A stretch of DNA of 64,000 nt from NCBI GenBank assembly GCA_044892525.1, contig CM097885.1:29328001-29392000 (forward strand). Direction: 5' to 3'. Of this stretch, positions 18,682 through 34,140 are shown one piece after another. The translations under genes were made by a program, and so were the position numbers. How positions within the stretch are numbered: the first letter of the stretch is position 1; each line of letters opens with the position of its first letter. A model generated the notes under the pieces. The model was not told where the DNA came from. It was given only the letters and a program-made list of their open reading frames with translations, and did not search any database. This DNA comes from Schmidtea polychroa (Eukaryota).

Positions 18682-21600
18682 CTTCAAGGTGAAAATGAAA
18701 TAAACAATTACATTTATTCATGTACCATAAATGACCTAATAAGCACTATATAATGGGCCGAATCCTAAAGAAACCTTTTAAAAAGAAACCTTTTAACCTT
18801 TTAAGAAACCTTTTAAGTCGGAGCATCGTTTTAAATTTCATTAAATAAAAACTTTCTCGTATCCTAATTAACTGAGACTTAATCATTTTCTTAAGTTAAA
18901 AAAGATTCTCTAACAAAACTTTCAATGGGTGGTGAAGTCTTTTAAATTAGTAAAGCAATGTTACATGTCGCGAAATTTCTCAGATGTGTACGGAATTCGA
19001 ACCCCGGAGTGTGTCTATAAATTTCCCCAAATCGTTAAAGGGTAGTGCTGGACAATTAAAATATTAGCCTCACAGGATTGCTTAACACCAAATGTTAACA
19101 GCGCAACAATTGTCGATACCAAACGTTGTCGACAACAGTTGCTCTAATGTGAATCACTGCATTACATTCAATATGTTTGATAAAAGAAAAATTGCTATCT
19201 TGCACACATGCATTGACATGGGTGTGCATGAGTTGCACATGTAGAGGTTTATGTAGTATGGACGGGGGTAGGATGTTCCATCTATCTGCCTCACTGGAAG
19301 AGACTGGCATGTGAAGTCGGTGGCGTGGGTAGGGTGCGTGCTGTCTGTCTTTCCTGCCTCACAGGCAGTAACAACGCATGGAGGCATGATTGAGTGTCAG
19401 AGCACGGAGTGGGTGCATTGTGGTCTTTATACGATGGATGGTAGAGAGATAGGCCAATGAGAGCACATCACATGTCATTATACTCAACTCACTCCTATGG
19501 CAGAGTGACATGTTAATTGTTCATATTTTGTAACATTATTTTCATCGTATTAGAACATGTCGACACAAAAGAGTATCATGAATTTCTTCCAAGTCATTCC
19601 AAAGAATTCTGTGACTTCAGTCACTTCATCCAGTGATAGTATCTCTGCTACTATGTCCTCAACTTGTGGTAGTCCTTCATCTGTACCTGCTATTTCATGT
19701 ATCCGTGACAGTGCAGTGATGTCCTCATCTTCTTGTGCACCTGCTAAGACTCTGTCATCTACTAAATGTGATCTGGGTGAAGAAATGCCACGCCAACCAA
19801 CTGATGTAAATTTCCCAAAGACTTCGTTTGGTTCAAGGGAACGCTCATTTTCGTCTGTGTGGTATAATGGAAGACCATATTTGGAGTACTCTATTGAGAA
19901 AGATGCAGTCTTCTGCTTTTGCTGTAGAAAATTTTCATTGCCCGGCTCTGCTGGCGAAAGTGCTTTCAGAACAGGAGGATTCCGAAATTGGAAATCGGCT
20001 TTAGAAAAAGGAAAAGGTTTTCAAAAGCATGAATCTTCTGCTGGCCACATCCATGCCATGGAACGCTGGAAAGAGAAACAGCTGAGATGTGAAAAAGATG
20101 AGGAAGTTTGCACTTTGATTAATGAAACACAGCTGAAGAACAATCGTTATTATGTCAACGAAATCGTTGACGTTGTAAAGTTTCTTGTGACAAATGAATT
20201 AGCCTTTCGTGGTGACAGTTTCAGTAGAGATGATATTGATGAGGATGATAAGCTTCCGTGTGGTCTATTTTTACGTCTCTTCGAATACACTGTTAAGAAA
20301 AATCCTGAGCTGGCTCGAAACATTAAAACGATTCCCAAAATTGCCACGTACACATCACCTCGAATTCAAAATGAAATTATCGCGTTAATGGCATCAATAG
20401 TGCAAGAGTCAATTGTTAAGAAGTGCAAGTCTGCGGATGTTGAATATTTTACTCTGAAGGTGGATGGTACCAAAGATCGAACAGGGACTGAGAATGTGTC
20501 GATTGCCATAAGGTTTGTCTCAGCAGGACAACCTCAGGAGCACTTAATCTGCATTTCCCGAACAATTGCTCTCAATGCAGAGGCCTTCACAGATGTAATT
20601 TTGACAACCTTGAAAGAGGCTCAGTTGGATCCTAAAAATATAATTTCCCAATGCTATGATGGAGCCGCTGTTATGTCTGGACAGCATGGTGGGGTGCAGG
20701 CCTTGCTTCAGGAGCGTCTACAAATAGAAATTCCGTATGTCCATTGCTTCAACCACAAGTTGCATTTGGTTGTTGTGTGTGCGTTTCTGAGTGCCAAAAA
20801 CTGCGGGACTTCTTCGACATATGCAGAAACTTATACACATTTTTGTCATATCCTAAGGTTGCGGCCATATATCAAGGCGATAAATTGACACGGCTCATGG
20901 AACATCGTTGGACAGGACACTTGCAGACGACTCAGACAATAACAACTAATTATGATACAATTGTGAATTTGCTTGAGATGTGTTCTTGTAGACATTCTTA
21001 CTTTTCAATTGATATTCAATTGGAAGCTACTGGACTCTTGCATCAAGTCAATGAAGTGGAGTTTCAGTTCATTGCACACATGGTGCTCTCATTGCTGACT
21101 ATCCTTGAAACAGCCAACAATAGCTTGCAGGGTCAAGCAATGGACCTTTCTTCAGCATGTGATGTTATGGATGCCGGCATAGAGCGCATTCGCAGCCTAC
21201 GCAATGAAGAGGAATTCCAAGTTCTTTTTGGGAAATTCGAAGGTCAAATGGATATGGAACAGACACCAAAAAGAAGAAGAACTCAGATGAACTCAAAATT
21301 AGACAACTTCATTGTGTTCGGATCTGTGGGACAGCCAGAACACCAGGCCTTGCCTATCAGATGCGCATATCGCCAGATGTATTACGAAGTCGTTGATAGG
21401 ACTCTGCAGGAACTAACAAAACGCTTCGGTGTCACCAACAGAAGCCTTTATAAGTCTCTTGCATGTTTGAAGACTGATCACGCAAACCTTTTGAATATTG
21501 AGGAGCTAAAGACTTTAGCGACACTGTGTGGCGTGGACCTAAGCGAAACCCAACATGAATTTGAAACTGCAAAGGTTTTCCTATTGAAGAGAGCCAGTAC

Positions 21601-22303
21601 TGTGACAAACGTTCATCAGTTAGTGCAAGAACTGTACTCATACTGAGATGCTTTTCCATATGTCTATCGTCTTGCAGCTTCTGCACTGACAATCGGTGCT
21701 TCAACTGCCACATGTGAGGCGACTTTCAGTACTTTATCTCGTGTCTTAACTCCCTTTCGTACGTCGATGAGCCATTCTCGTAAAGCCAACCTTGTATTGC
21801 TCTCATTTGAAAGTGACATCAGTAATAACATCAAATCTGATGAGTTTCTTCGGCGGTTTCATGAAATGAAAAATCGTCGACTGCAGCTATTTTGAGTCAT
21901 GTCGATATCTCACACACGTAATTTCTTTTTTTCTGGATCTAGTTCCTGTGTAATTTCTATTGCACTCACCTTTAGTTTTCAAATCTGTGTGACTGTGTGT
22001 TCTGTCTTTGTATGTCCAATTGTCCGTCGTGCAAATACATGCAGCTATTTGTTTTTTGTGTTTGTTCCTAAAAAATGTGCGAAAATCATTTCCTATATAC
22101 TAGTATATGCAATAATGTAGCAAAATAATGCTCAGACAAAATGTCGATTTTGCTTTCCTTTTTTTTAAATTGAACATTTCGGAGTGCAAAGTGTGAGTAG
22201 TGACTAGTCTGTTTTCATAAAATACTTAGTTTACACGAGAATTACTGGCCCCCTTAATGAGAGTCTGGGCCCCCCCGTCAAAAGGTGTCACGGTACGGGC
22301 CTG
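18598..22303 (+). mobile_element. Full-length hAT DNA transposon (3706 bp)
   Basis: 14-bp TIR CAGGCCCGTACCGT; 8-bp TSD AGTCATCA at 18590-18597 and 22304-22311. Confidence 0.97.
19557..21895 (+). pseudogene. hAT transposase (TTF-type zinc finger, DUF4371-like region, C-terminal dimerisation domain); frameshift ~20780 and TGA at 21644-21646
   Basis: FCFCC..F, VDGTKD, QCYDGA, HCFNHKLHL, RW, STATCEATFS, RRLQLF*. Confidence 0.93.
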
Positions 22304-22493
22304 AGTCATCATCATGATCATCAATATGTAAAATTATTAGATAATGAAATTTATCATAGGTTTGGTTAGAAAAAAATAAAAGTGACGAAAAAAAGACATG
22401 TTTATAATATTATTTGACAAACTATACCCCAACCAATTATATTCATGATTGGGAGAAGAACTCTCAAAGTTATTGGTTGCTATTAATATTATT

Positions 22494-22615
<122 letters not shown>

Positions 22616-23543
22616 TAGTATTATTAAAAATTAAAACAATGATTTGATTATATTATATTGCTAATATTTTACTATTAGCAATTATAAAACATTTTATTTG
22701 TGATTTTATATTCACAAATATAGATTGCTTAATAAATTATTTTCATAATGAAATTCACCATTCAAACGAAAAAGATGAATCTTTCGTTAACAAACTTACT
22801 CAATGCGACGAAGAATCATACAAATATAACCCTGTTAAATTCAAACAACTTTTTAAATGTAATGATGAGGGTTGCTTCAAAAGCTGCACCGGCTAACAAA
22901 ACAAATAGCTGGATGAGAAATATACCAATATACATTTGGCATAGATTAGCGGTTCAAACTTTAGAAAAATAACTTTTACATAAGAAAGCTATTTTATTTT
23001 ATAATTTGATGCGGTATTTATACGTCAAAACGCAAGACAAACAATTGGGTTTGATAACTATTAACTTTTATCATATTCTAATGTAATTATTTTTTGATTT
23101 TTGATAATTTATTAATTTGTGATAATTTCATTTTATTTTTGGTAATGTTTAATGTATGCCACAACGGGCTAAAATGTTGTTATTGTTAACGCTAGACGTC
23201 ATTTAAGGAATTTCCCACTTTTTATAATAGCACTTAAAAGTACTTTAAGTGATTAAGAAAAAATTAATAATAACAACAATCTCTTAATAGCACAATAAGT
23301 CCTTTAATAATAATAATAAGAAGAACATTTTTCAATTTTCACCTCTGATTTTTGTTCAATTGACATTGTATTAAAAAATTGACTATGAACCAGTAAAGAT
23401 ATCGATGTTTTTTATATTCATAAATTTTGGGCACAGCCTTTTTCAAGTAATCACTTAAAAAAGGCTGTGCCAAAAATTCGTTAACATAAAAAAAACATCA
23501 ATATCTTTACTGATTCATAGTCAATTTCTTTAATACATTAATG

Positions 23544-23731
<188 letters not shown>

Positions 23732-26700
23732 TAATAAATAGCTAATAATGAAAAATGAATAAGAATAAGGAATTATAATAAAATAATATCAAACATGTAA
23801 AATAAATAGACCTATTTACAAATAAGATCTTGGCCCTTGACACAAAAATATCAAATATTAAAATAGTATCAACAACTCAATATTAATAAATTCGCATTTC
23901 TTAGTAAATATCAGCAGAATTGCACAATAATTAATATCGCTTCTATCAACGTTTTCCTTGACGGAGCTTGTTCTTTTGGATATTCCTATTCGAATTGACC
24001 CGATTCATTCTTATATATATGTTACCCGTTGAATTGTCTCGGTTGTATATTTTTCTGTCTTTGTTCTTTGTATGTAAATGTATTTCCATTTTGGTTCATT
24101 AATCGATTTCATCTTTCGATGTTAGTGTAACATTCCTTTCCTGAGGTCGCAGTCGTTTACCTTTTCCGCCCGATAAAGCCTTCGTTACGACATGGAAAGT
24201 ACATTCTCTGCTGAAGTGTCCTTATTGGTGGTATTTCCAGAACAATACTGTTCTATATTATCCTTTTCATTTTGAGCTCCACTATCGTCTTTCCTTAGCA
24301 CCACGAATCTATTACCCTTTATGTTATTATTATTATTAAGTTGTTATTAAAAAATGTTATTAAAATGTTAAAGATGTTAAAAATGTTATTATTAAACAAT
24401 AGTCATAACATTCACTTTAACTATTGTTTTGCTTATTTTTACGACCTTCTTTATCGTTTCTTTGATCTCTTCGGTTATTTTCATCTCTTTCATAGTGATC
24501 TCCTTTTTGACCTCTCTGTCTAACAAAATATGTTAGTAGGCATTTTTTTCTATTTCTTCTTTATTACATTCAAAGGCTGCTAACCGCTCTGCGGTTGTCT
24601 AGTTTTTTTTATGACGACTTTTATTTACTCATTACCTTGTGTATTTCATATACATTTAATTCTTGTTTTATATGGTAGATAATTTCCTCAGGAAAAGCGT
24701 ATAAAATGACACGGGTAACATTTGATAAATATGAATATGTTCCATAATTTTTGAAAAGCGCATTTTATGTTATCAAATTTTTATTTTAAATCTGGAAAGA
24801 ATTTAATCTTCCAATAATAAACAGTCGAACAACTACTCATATTACTTTGCAAATTTTACAATAAACTTCACGAATATTGACTTAAAATAATCCCTGCGAA
24901 AATAATAATGAGCATTGCTGATGAATTTTACTATTAACTATTAACTAAAACTATCATATATTTCCAATTTCACCACTGACATTTTTTCCATTGTATTTAT
25001 TAAAAAGAGCTTGAAGACTATAAATCAGTAAATTTATCGATGTTCTTGATATTTTTACTGATTTATAGTCTTCAAGCTCTTATATATATATAATCTCAAA
25101 ACACAAGAGACTTCATTACTGATAAACTGCTGCAATAATCGTTTAAATAATATTTTATATTCATATTTCATCCTGTAGTATCTTTAAAAATGCTTGCGAA
25201 CTTACTCTAAATACTTTGCAAATATCGTTATATAAATGTTATTATTTGAAGATGGTTGATAAATCTAGGTCAGGTTTATTATAATTTTTATTTTATAAAT
25301 TAAAATATAATGTTTCACTAAGTCATTAATAAATAAAGAAATTAATTAGTCACTAATCTTCTAATAAGTTTATCGCATAGAGCATATTTTATAAAATAAT
25401 AAAAATTATTGTACATGTTCATTGAAATCTCCCTGAATTACAAGATAATAAAATGAATTAATAGTAATTATTATTTTTTATTTGTCTTCATGAGATCATG
25501 TTTATTACAATATTGTCAAACATAGAAAAAATATTTTAAAGAATCATCGGGGATTTACTGTATAATTTCTATTGATGATAAATATATTTGTTTAAATTTG
25601 TTTTCTTTCAAATTTTTAAATATTAATTAATAATAAATTAGTTCTAAATTCTAAAATATAAAGTAATAAATAAATATCAATGATTTTTGTTCCCAAGATT
25701 CATTCAAGTATTTAGAACGATAATGTGAAGCATATTTTGGAACAGATAATTGAAAAATATAATAAAATAAAAAAAAATAGTCTAGCGAAAAATACAGTTT
25801 GTTTTAATATTTATTTGCATAGCACCGTGGGATAGCACATTTTCAATTTATTTGCCAAATCACACTACATTCAGTTGAGTATCAGAGTGGGATATGAAAT
25901 TAGCTGCAGACAACTTGTAGCAATAAATGTTCCTCTCGTACCACAATCTACGATTGAATTTGTTAATTCAAACATGGTAAAGGTGGTCGTCCATGTGAAA
26001 TTTCTAATCAAAATAGAGAGGAATGTTTGGAAATTGTGAAAAAAGAACCCTAAGTTATTATCAAATATATCTCAAATATATCTAACAAAACAACACAAAA
26101 ATCGAAAAACATAAAAAAAATTAAAATCTGAAATAAATGCAAGAAGTACTACTAGAAATAAACATAAATACAACAAAAATAAATAACACGATTAACACAA
26201 ATTCAAATTAAAGTCGATGATTAAAAAAAGGATTATGAATAAAATATTAAGAAAATAATAGGAAAAATAAATATGAAATTAAAGAAAATAGAATTAAAAC
26301 TAATTGAAGCAGAAAATCTAGAAAATATGCAAAATCCATCATGTATTTGTAAACAATAAAAAGTTAAAAAAAATATGAAAAATCAAATAAATAATAAATT
26401 ACAAACATATTGCCTTGAAAAATGATAAAATCTAAGTCACAAAATCAAACAATTCGAATTTGTTTTAATACAGCAAAATATACAAACTAACTCGCACACC
26501 AATGGAAAACCAGCAGTGGTATTTATGGGCCCACAAATCCCTTGCTCGTTAAATTTAATTGATATGAGCGATACTAATCAAAGATCAGATCAAGGAAGGT
26601 GCAGTATTAAACACCCAGCCTAGTTGGACCATGCAGGACATTCCAGGAATTTGTCACCAGTCGGTATTAAAATCTGAAAACAACCTAATGAAAACTGGTG

Positions 26701-28789
26701 AAGAGAACGACTTGACGGACAATTACTTGTCTGAATATGCTTGCATAAATTCCATTGTTCGAGTTAATATTTGGCGGACGAGTTCAGTTGAAATGTATTT
26801 TGATTGTGAAAAGAGTCGATTAAACAGACAGTTTTATTCTAAAAGCATTGCACTCACGAAAAGACTTTATTTAAATATACGAGTTCATCGGACAAATTTA
26901 ATTTAAATGTATTGTGCCTACGAAGCATTAGTTGGATCTTACAAGAAGGTTAAACAATTTGATTTTAATAAAATTTTACTGAGTGATAGGGATTTTGTTC
27001 GTTGAGCTTAAAAGGTTGTGAATAAAAGGTAATGGACTTCCTTGAATGTAGGAGCGTGTATTGATGTTATGATAGTAGAGGGAAAATTATCTTCAAGCAT
27101 AAAGTAACAATCTGAACTGTCATAAAGGACTGTTGCCAGATGCGCTTAAAGCTGGAATAAACAACAAAAAAATTGAATTAATTAAAGAAAAGTATATTAA
27201 CCTGCATCTTTTTACTTTATATTTATTTTTCTTTTATATTTAGCTTATCCAAAGAGACAATGAAAGACTTTCTTCACTTGTAAATTTTGTGTTATCATGG
27301 AAATTATTCACAAAAATAGTTCATTTTATGTTCATTAGAGATTTCATTGCTTTCTTGTGCAAAAACAATGATTTCTATTTTTTTCTTTAAAATTTAAAAA
27401 TAGAATTTACATATTATTTTAAAAATACATTTGTTTAAATAAAGTCTTAAATTATTTTAATTAATAATTCGGTAGTAAATTCTTATAATAATTGTATAAA
27501 TTATAATCTCTCATGTTTATACTGTGATTAGATGAATAATAATATAAATTCAAAATTTATTGAAAATTACTCTCGCTTACAAAATAATTATTTAGAAATA
27601 ATAAAACAAAAATTGACACATTATCCAAACAACGTTTCGAATGAGATATATATTTTTTAATTTCACTGAAAACTATTTATTTACGGAAATAAAATTATAA
27701 AAATTGTTCGTGACATTAAAATTAAAATAAATTTAGAAAATCACTTTATCATTGAAGTTGTCCGAAATGAATCTATAATTTATGTCTATCATTCGATTTT
27801 GAAAGAATTTTTAATGGCGGTTTGATTGTTGGAAAATATAATTTATTCATAATTAATATCGATAATTACAAGAAACTTATTAATTTAAACAAGATTATTG
27901 CATTATATTCTACTTTTGAAAATATTTTCAATTTTGTTTATTCCAATCTTTAAAGTAATATATAATTTATTATTTCATTTGAGTTGATTTATGAAAAAAT
28001 TATCGGTTCTTGTCATTGTATATATTGCATTATGTAACTTATTTTACATGGAAATTTTAAATTTTAAATGTTTATACAATAACTATTTTTTAATAACGTT
28101 TTTGTTTGAATGTTAGATGAAAATTAATTTTTGTAATTTAAATTACCTATTCAATTTAACAACGCATTAATTTTAAAACTTAAAATTTAATATTTGCATA
28201 AAGCGCTAGGAATAATCTGGTAGATACTATCAATATTATCCTCAAAAAGACAAATAATACAAAAAATACATGTAATACCCGTTACATGTAAATAAACAAA
28301 TTAGTTACATCCATTCATAGGCACATAAAATTGAACTGAAATAAATATTAAAAACATAAGAAAATATCCACACTAATTAAAAGTAATCATTATAAACTAA
28401 AACAAAATAAAAATAACAGGAATACAATTTATATTCAAGAAATCTTAAAAAGTAATTTGGATTAAAAAAATGTATAAATACAAATATTGCGGCATTTTTC
28501 ATTTTGGCAAAGAGGATTTATTTCATCACAAAAATAAAGAATCACTTTTCATTGAAATTAATTACACCTTTAATACGCTTTTGGTTTAATTTAGTATATC
28601 TTGTACATTTTTACAATCTGAATTTTCTCAGCAACAAAATTGAAGTTGTTGATGCTCGCAAATAATTACATAGAATCATATTATTATAGAATCATTTACA
28701 TTGTGGAAAAAGATAATGAGTATCTATTGACAGTAACACTCACAAAATAATTGAAACTTATTCTAAATAATAACAAAAATAATCCTAAA

Positions 28790-28858
<69 letters not shown>

Positions 28859-30284
28859 TTTAGATATGTCGGTGAATCAAGATATTTAAAATTATTGGTC
28901 TGATTCCACAGTATCTTTCAAGAATATATTAAAATTTACTAAATAATGAAATTACAATCACAATTACAAGTATTAACTCAAAAAAACATTATTTTACTTT
29001 CAATTATATTAATCTATAGCAGTGATGGGCAAATGGCAAAAGTGGAATTATTCTAAAACTGTCAAAATATCCCGTTTCTAAAAATCCTTGTGATAAAAGT
29101 TCTTAAACGGTAAATTTAAATTCAAAAAAAATTATTGAATCCTAAAAATTTTTGTTTGTATTTATTTTTATATTTTCATTGGATTTTTTTAATTCTCATT
29201 AAACTAATTAATTTCAATTCATTAGTTGAAATATTCTTTAGTCTAATAATGAAGAGATTTCTAAAACAAAGTACAAAAGATGATTCAACATTTTAATTTT
29301 TATAATATCTGTCATTTCATGTGTTTTTCTAGCTTTTTTTCAAAAATAATTAAATAAATATTTTTTGTACCTCTTTAAATTATGAAAAAAAATAACTTAG
29401 TGTGTCGCGGCTTGAAAAGATTAGCCTACTACTTATCTTGATAATATAATGAATATAATGAATGGGTTTTCCGTATTTTCATTTTATTTCTCACTCCTTC
29501 TAATTAAAAAATAAAAACAAATTCTTTTGTGAAACCAATTGATATTTAATAATAACTTAATATATTTTGTAAATAATTAAGTAATTATAATTTTTCTTCA
29601 ATATTTAAATATGTGTTTAAATTTCGGAAAAACTGAAATAAATAAAACAAATTACAAAAATCAAGTAAATAATAAACTAGATTGAAATATAATAATGTTT
29701 TTATGAAGAATACGTACAAAAGTGCTAAATAAATTTGAAAAACAAATTAAAGAAAAATAAAAAAAAACTTATAATTATAGAATGTGAATATTAAATATTT
29801 ATTTTCTGTTCACCTTTGATTTGTTTTTGTTTTCTTTTACCATTTTGTTTATTTACATTGAAACTCTAGATCAGATTTTTTTTTTCAATTTAATTCAAAC
29901 TTTTTATCTATAATCCTAATGAAATTAAATGAAATGTTATAAAAAACTAAAGACCAGTTTTCACAATGCCAAATATGAATGAGCTATTTTATGTTTTTTA
30001 ATCTTAACTTACAATTATACTTTTAAGTAAGAAGCAATTTTTTTATTAGAATGTTTTAGGGAATAGCAGCGGTATTGGGAACAATTACAAAAGTCATTAA
30101 TAAAGATAAGTGTAGTGAGCCACTGAACGGTCTTATGGAAATCTATGTAAATGTATGTATTCATAATCTATCAGCTATGAATAATTCTAATCTGTTGAAT
30201 AATACAAATTCCACTTCTATTAGTTTAACGAGTAATTTTGGCGAATTTGAGGATCCAATCAAAAAGTAATGTGATCATCTAATT

Positions 30285-31075
30285 CAATCATACTCAACCT
30301 GCAACCCGCCGGCCACATTTGGTCTGCTAAGCATTAATGTGCGGCCCTAAACACATTTATTATCAAGGAACATGATTAAAAAAAGAAATCTGGTATTCTA
30401 AATTTCGTATATCTCGAGATTCGTTTCGACTTTAACGTCTAGCTAATAACGCTGGCGGGGATTGCCATTATAGTCAAATCTGGTATAAAAGGGTTGCGAT
30501 TGTACACGTTAAAGCTTTTGCCATAAAAAACAAATACTTGACAGAAAAGTACGCGCTAAATAACTTTGCTTGTGACAACTCGTAAATGTTTGACAGCTCT
30601 AAAGTTGAACGCGTGATAATGTTGTGAGCTTATTTCAAGTTAATATTACGCGGAACGCAGTTACAACTTATAAAAAATCCCTGACACCTAGAAACAGCAA
30701 CTATAACACAATTAGCTGCCCTGGGATATGATTATGAGTAGCTTTTTGATGAATTTATGGAATTTAAGAGCAATACTAATCTGAAAGCTATGTTTTGAAG
30801 AAAATATAGGGAAAGGAGTACTTCGAATTTTAGAAAATTAATTCCTGATATATATATAAGACTGTATGAAATTGAGACTTCCTGTTTCTCACATTGATTG
30901 GATCAACACATCTTTGATTGATTGTATTCCAAAATGAAATATGCAAAAATGTATACAGGAATCGAGTTACTGATTCGCACCTTGATAACTTATTGAGGGT
31001 TTAATGTAGCAAATATAAACCTGATTTTTCTAACATTGTTGAAAATTTATCTCAATATCAAAAATCACTAATTTT
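30285..31075 (+). pseudogene. Decayed Buster/SPIN-type hAT: terminal motif plus transposase C-terminus
   Basis: tactcaacctgc..ccgccggccaca..gcggccc end motif; translation across indels gives GST..YSKMKYAK..RNRVTDSHLDNLLR..KPDF..QYQKS. Confidence 0.7.
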
Positions 31076-31190
31076 GAAATAACCGCTTGGATACACGTTA
31101 CTTTAAAATTTTAATTTTCACTATTGTAATTTTTAACGAACAGTATACTGATAAGCTATATGTACTATTGTTAGAATCTATCTAGTGAAC

Positions 31191-32394
31191 CAGTGGCGTA
31201 CCAAGGATTTCTGGGGCCCTTGTGCAGATTTTGGGACGCACTAAATATTTGTCGAACGAAGTGATCCGAGGAACCAAACCATAGGCAGGCTTGGGGGAAG
31301 GTGATTAGCAACTCTCTGAGTAAATTTGCGCATTTTAAAACAGAAATAGTAGCGTTTCCAGTTAGGTTGAAAGGATATTTTGTTACTTCTCGGTATTCTC
31401 TGTATATAGAATGGGCACATGCCAGGTACCATCATGATATAATGAACAATAATTGTTGTTATTGTCACTAATTTATTGAAACATAATTCTTAGAAAAAAC
31501 TCAGATCATACGTTTATTTCACCATAATGTTTTAAAGCAGTTCGTGCCTCCACAAAAGTGTCAATATTGCTCTGAGTAAAAGCTGAAGTAATTGAAGGGC
31601 CATATTTCTCATCGTCGGCGCTGTTTCCTAAATCTGGTGTCAATATTTGATCATCCGCCGTAGATTCCACAGTGTCATTCTGCTCAGTGGCGACATCTAT
31701 AGCCACCGCCATCTCTGAGTTGATCAAAGCTGAATTCGATTCAGTCACCATATCTGAAGTAGTCTTCGATATCGGTTTAATATCCACGGGCTTTAGAAAT
31801 TCGTAAATTTTCGGCATTTTAGCGGCCTTCTGTTCTCGTTCCTTACGTGCTCGTCGCTTAGCAGCCCCACTTAAATATGACTTAGACATAGTTAAGGGTG
31901 TGCAGCTAATGCAATTATATAATATCCAACTAATTATACAATTATTGTAAATTGATATACAATAAGCAATATTATTTTTATCCTTTTTACCGCATAGTAA
32001 ATATCAACAAAACTCTATGACCTCTGCCATGATGTCGTTATACCGCCATTTTCAATCGAGTAGGCAAGTAAATTGGATTTGACGTTTTATTAATAAACAA
32101 GTCCTCATCACATAAAAAAAAACCAACGTCAAGTAAAGCAAATAATTTAATAGATGAATGGATGTGACATATGTGGTTTACAACTATATCCAATATAGAT
32201 TCCTAATAATATTAAATGTATAAACCGTCCAAACTGTGGTTGCTGTCTTAATAAAAACAAAACAAACCCCAAAGCGATGCTTGGTTTGATGACAATCGGG
32301 GAATTTATAATGCTCGAACGTATAAATTTTACTAATTTTTCGTCCTGGGCCCTTGTGCCGTGCACAACCTGCACAACCTATTGCTACGCCACTG
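31191..32394 (-). mobile_element. Non-autonomous hAT (1204 bp) retaining the transposase N-terminus (31506-31889)
   Basis: TIR CAGTGGCGTA; 8-bp TSD TAGTGAAC at 31183-31190 and 32395-32402; MSKSYLSGAAKRR..KIYEF start typical of hAT transposases. Confidence 0.92.
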
Positions 32395-33390
32395 TAGTGA
32401 ACTAAGATGTCTTACACAAAACACTGATTTATCAGACTCCAAAGATAATATAAATATGATAATATGATTTAATAAGACAACGTTTGTTTTCTGTCTAAAA
32501 TATATATTTGTTTTATGCACAATTTACAAATGATAAAATACCCAAAAATGCCGCTACTACGAAGAATAGAAATCGGTTATTCAAATCCTCTTCAGATAAA
32601 GTTGTCACACCCTGCGGCTAATAAATTCACAGCGCTGAACTAATGAGATAGGTTTAAAAATGAGGGAGAATCCTAAAGTTTACGTCATTGTGTAGAACAA
32701 GGACATCCTACCGTTCCTAATTTATCCCCTCTTAGAATTTATTTCCAGCAGGTAAATCAACTGAAATGTTGATACCTGTGATCGGGTGTGCCAATTTAAA
32801 ATTAATGAGTTTAAAATAAATAGATGCAATAAACTTATGATTAATAACCTATATAAGAAAAATTTCTTTAATTTTTTCAACACTAATTTCTTCTGAGAAG
32901 CAATCACTTTTATACTAGAATAACACTCGACATCTGGTGGAAATTAATTCTTTTTATGACGAACACAGCTGTTGTTTCTTTACTACAAATTATTGATTGT
33001 TCAACTAGCCCAGGCAGCCCGTGGTATGATTATTATTCCCTTTAAATTTTTTTTACAGAATCTATCAAAAAATAAATATATTACAAAATCTACTAAAATT
33101 ATTAAATACAGTTTTTTTGAAAATGTATTGACTACAAAATTCAATATTAAAAGGTTTTTATTATGTTTTTTAGTCCGTCTCATTATAATTTTTGTTTTGT
33201 GAAAAATTTATATTCATAATCTTCATAAGTTTTTATTTGATTGCATATTTTTAGGCGTAATAAAATTATTGTAAACATTTTTGTTTTATGTAATGAAATG
33301 TTAAAGAAAAATTAAATAAATAAGTAAGTAACAGTAAATGCACTTATTTTGAATAATTATACATAACTTTAATTATATTTGGCCTTCAGA

Positions 33391-34140
33391 ATGAAACCCA
33401 GAAAAAGAAGAGTTTCAGAAGAAAAAAAAATACAGCGATCATTGGGAAGAAAATTACTTCTTTATAATGCAGAACTCAAAATTAACATGTTTGATTTGCC
33501 GAGATACAATAGCTGTTTTTAAGGAATCCAATGTTAAAAGACATCATGAAACAAAACATGACGTGTATGTGAAATCTAATAAAGAATTGAGAAAAATTAA
33601 GTTAGCCGAGCTGAAATCCGAATTAAAATCTCAGCAGAAAATGTTTAGTTCTTCATTACCACTACCTTCTAATATTGTTAAAGCAAGCTACTCTGTCGCA
33701 ATGTTAATCGCTAAGAAAATGAAACCATTTTCGGACGGAGAATTTGTAAAACAATTTTTGTGCAGCTGTTATGCCAGATAAACATAAAATGATTTCAAGC
33801 ATAAGTTTGTCGTGTCAAACTATTTGTCCTCGCATTAATGATATTTCAGATGAAATAGTGGTAACTTTACGAGAGCGAATTCAACAATTCAAAGCAAATT
33901 CTCTAGCTTTCGACAAAAGTACAGATATTTCAGATATATCACAACTTGCTGTATTTATTCGTGGAGTTAACGATTCTTTCGGAGTGACACAAGAAATGTT
34001 AAATCTTTTAAATTTGAAAAACACCACTAGAGGAGAGGATGTTTTTCACGCTATACAAAAATGTTTATCAAAAATGTTTAAGCTTTTTGGACTAACAACG
34101 GACGGTGCGCCTGCTTTGATTGGTAAAAATAAAGGAACTG
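33391..34140 (+). pseudogene. Buster/SPIN (GTF2IRD2-like) hAT transposase 5' fragment, frameshifted
   Basis: CLIC..KRHHETKH, KPFSDGEFVK, LAFDKSTDISD..QL.VFIRGV, TTRGED, TTDGAPALIG. Confidence 0.9.

Noticed and set aside
25800..27300. Possible host exons (moderate GC, some splice-like sites, 91-aa ORF)
   Set aside because: The frames I tried hit stops and show no recognisable domain; cannot be supported
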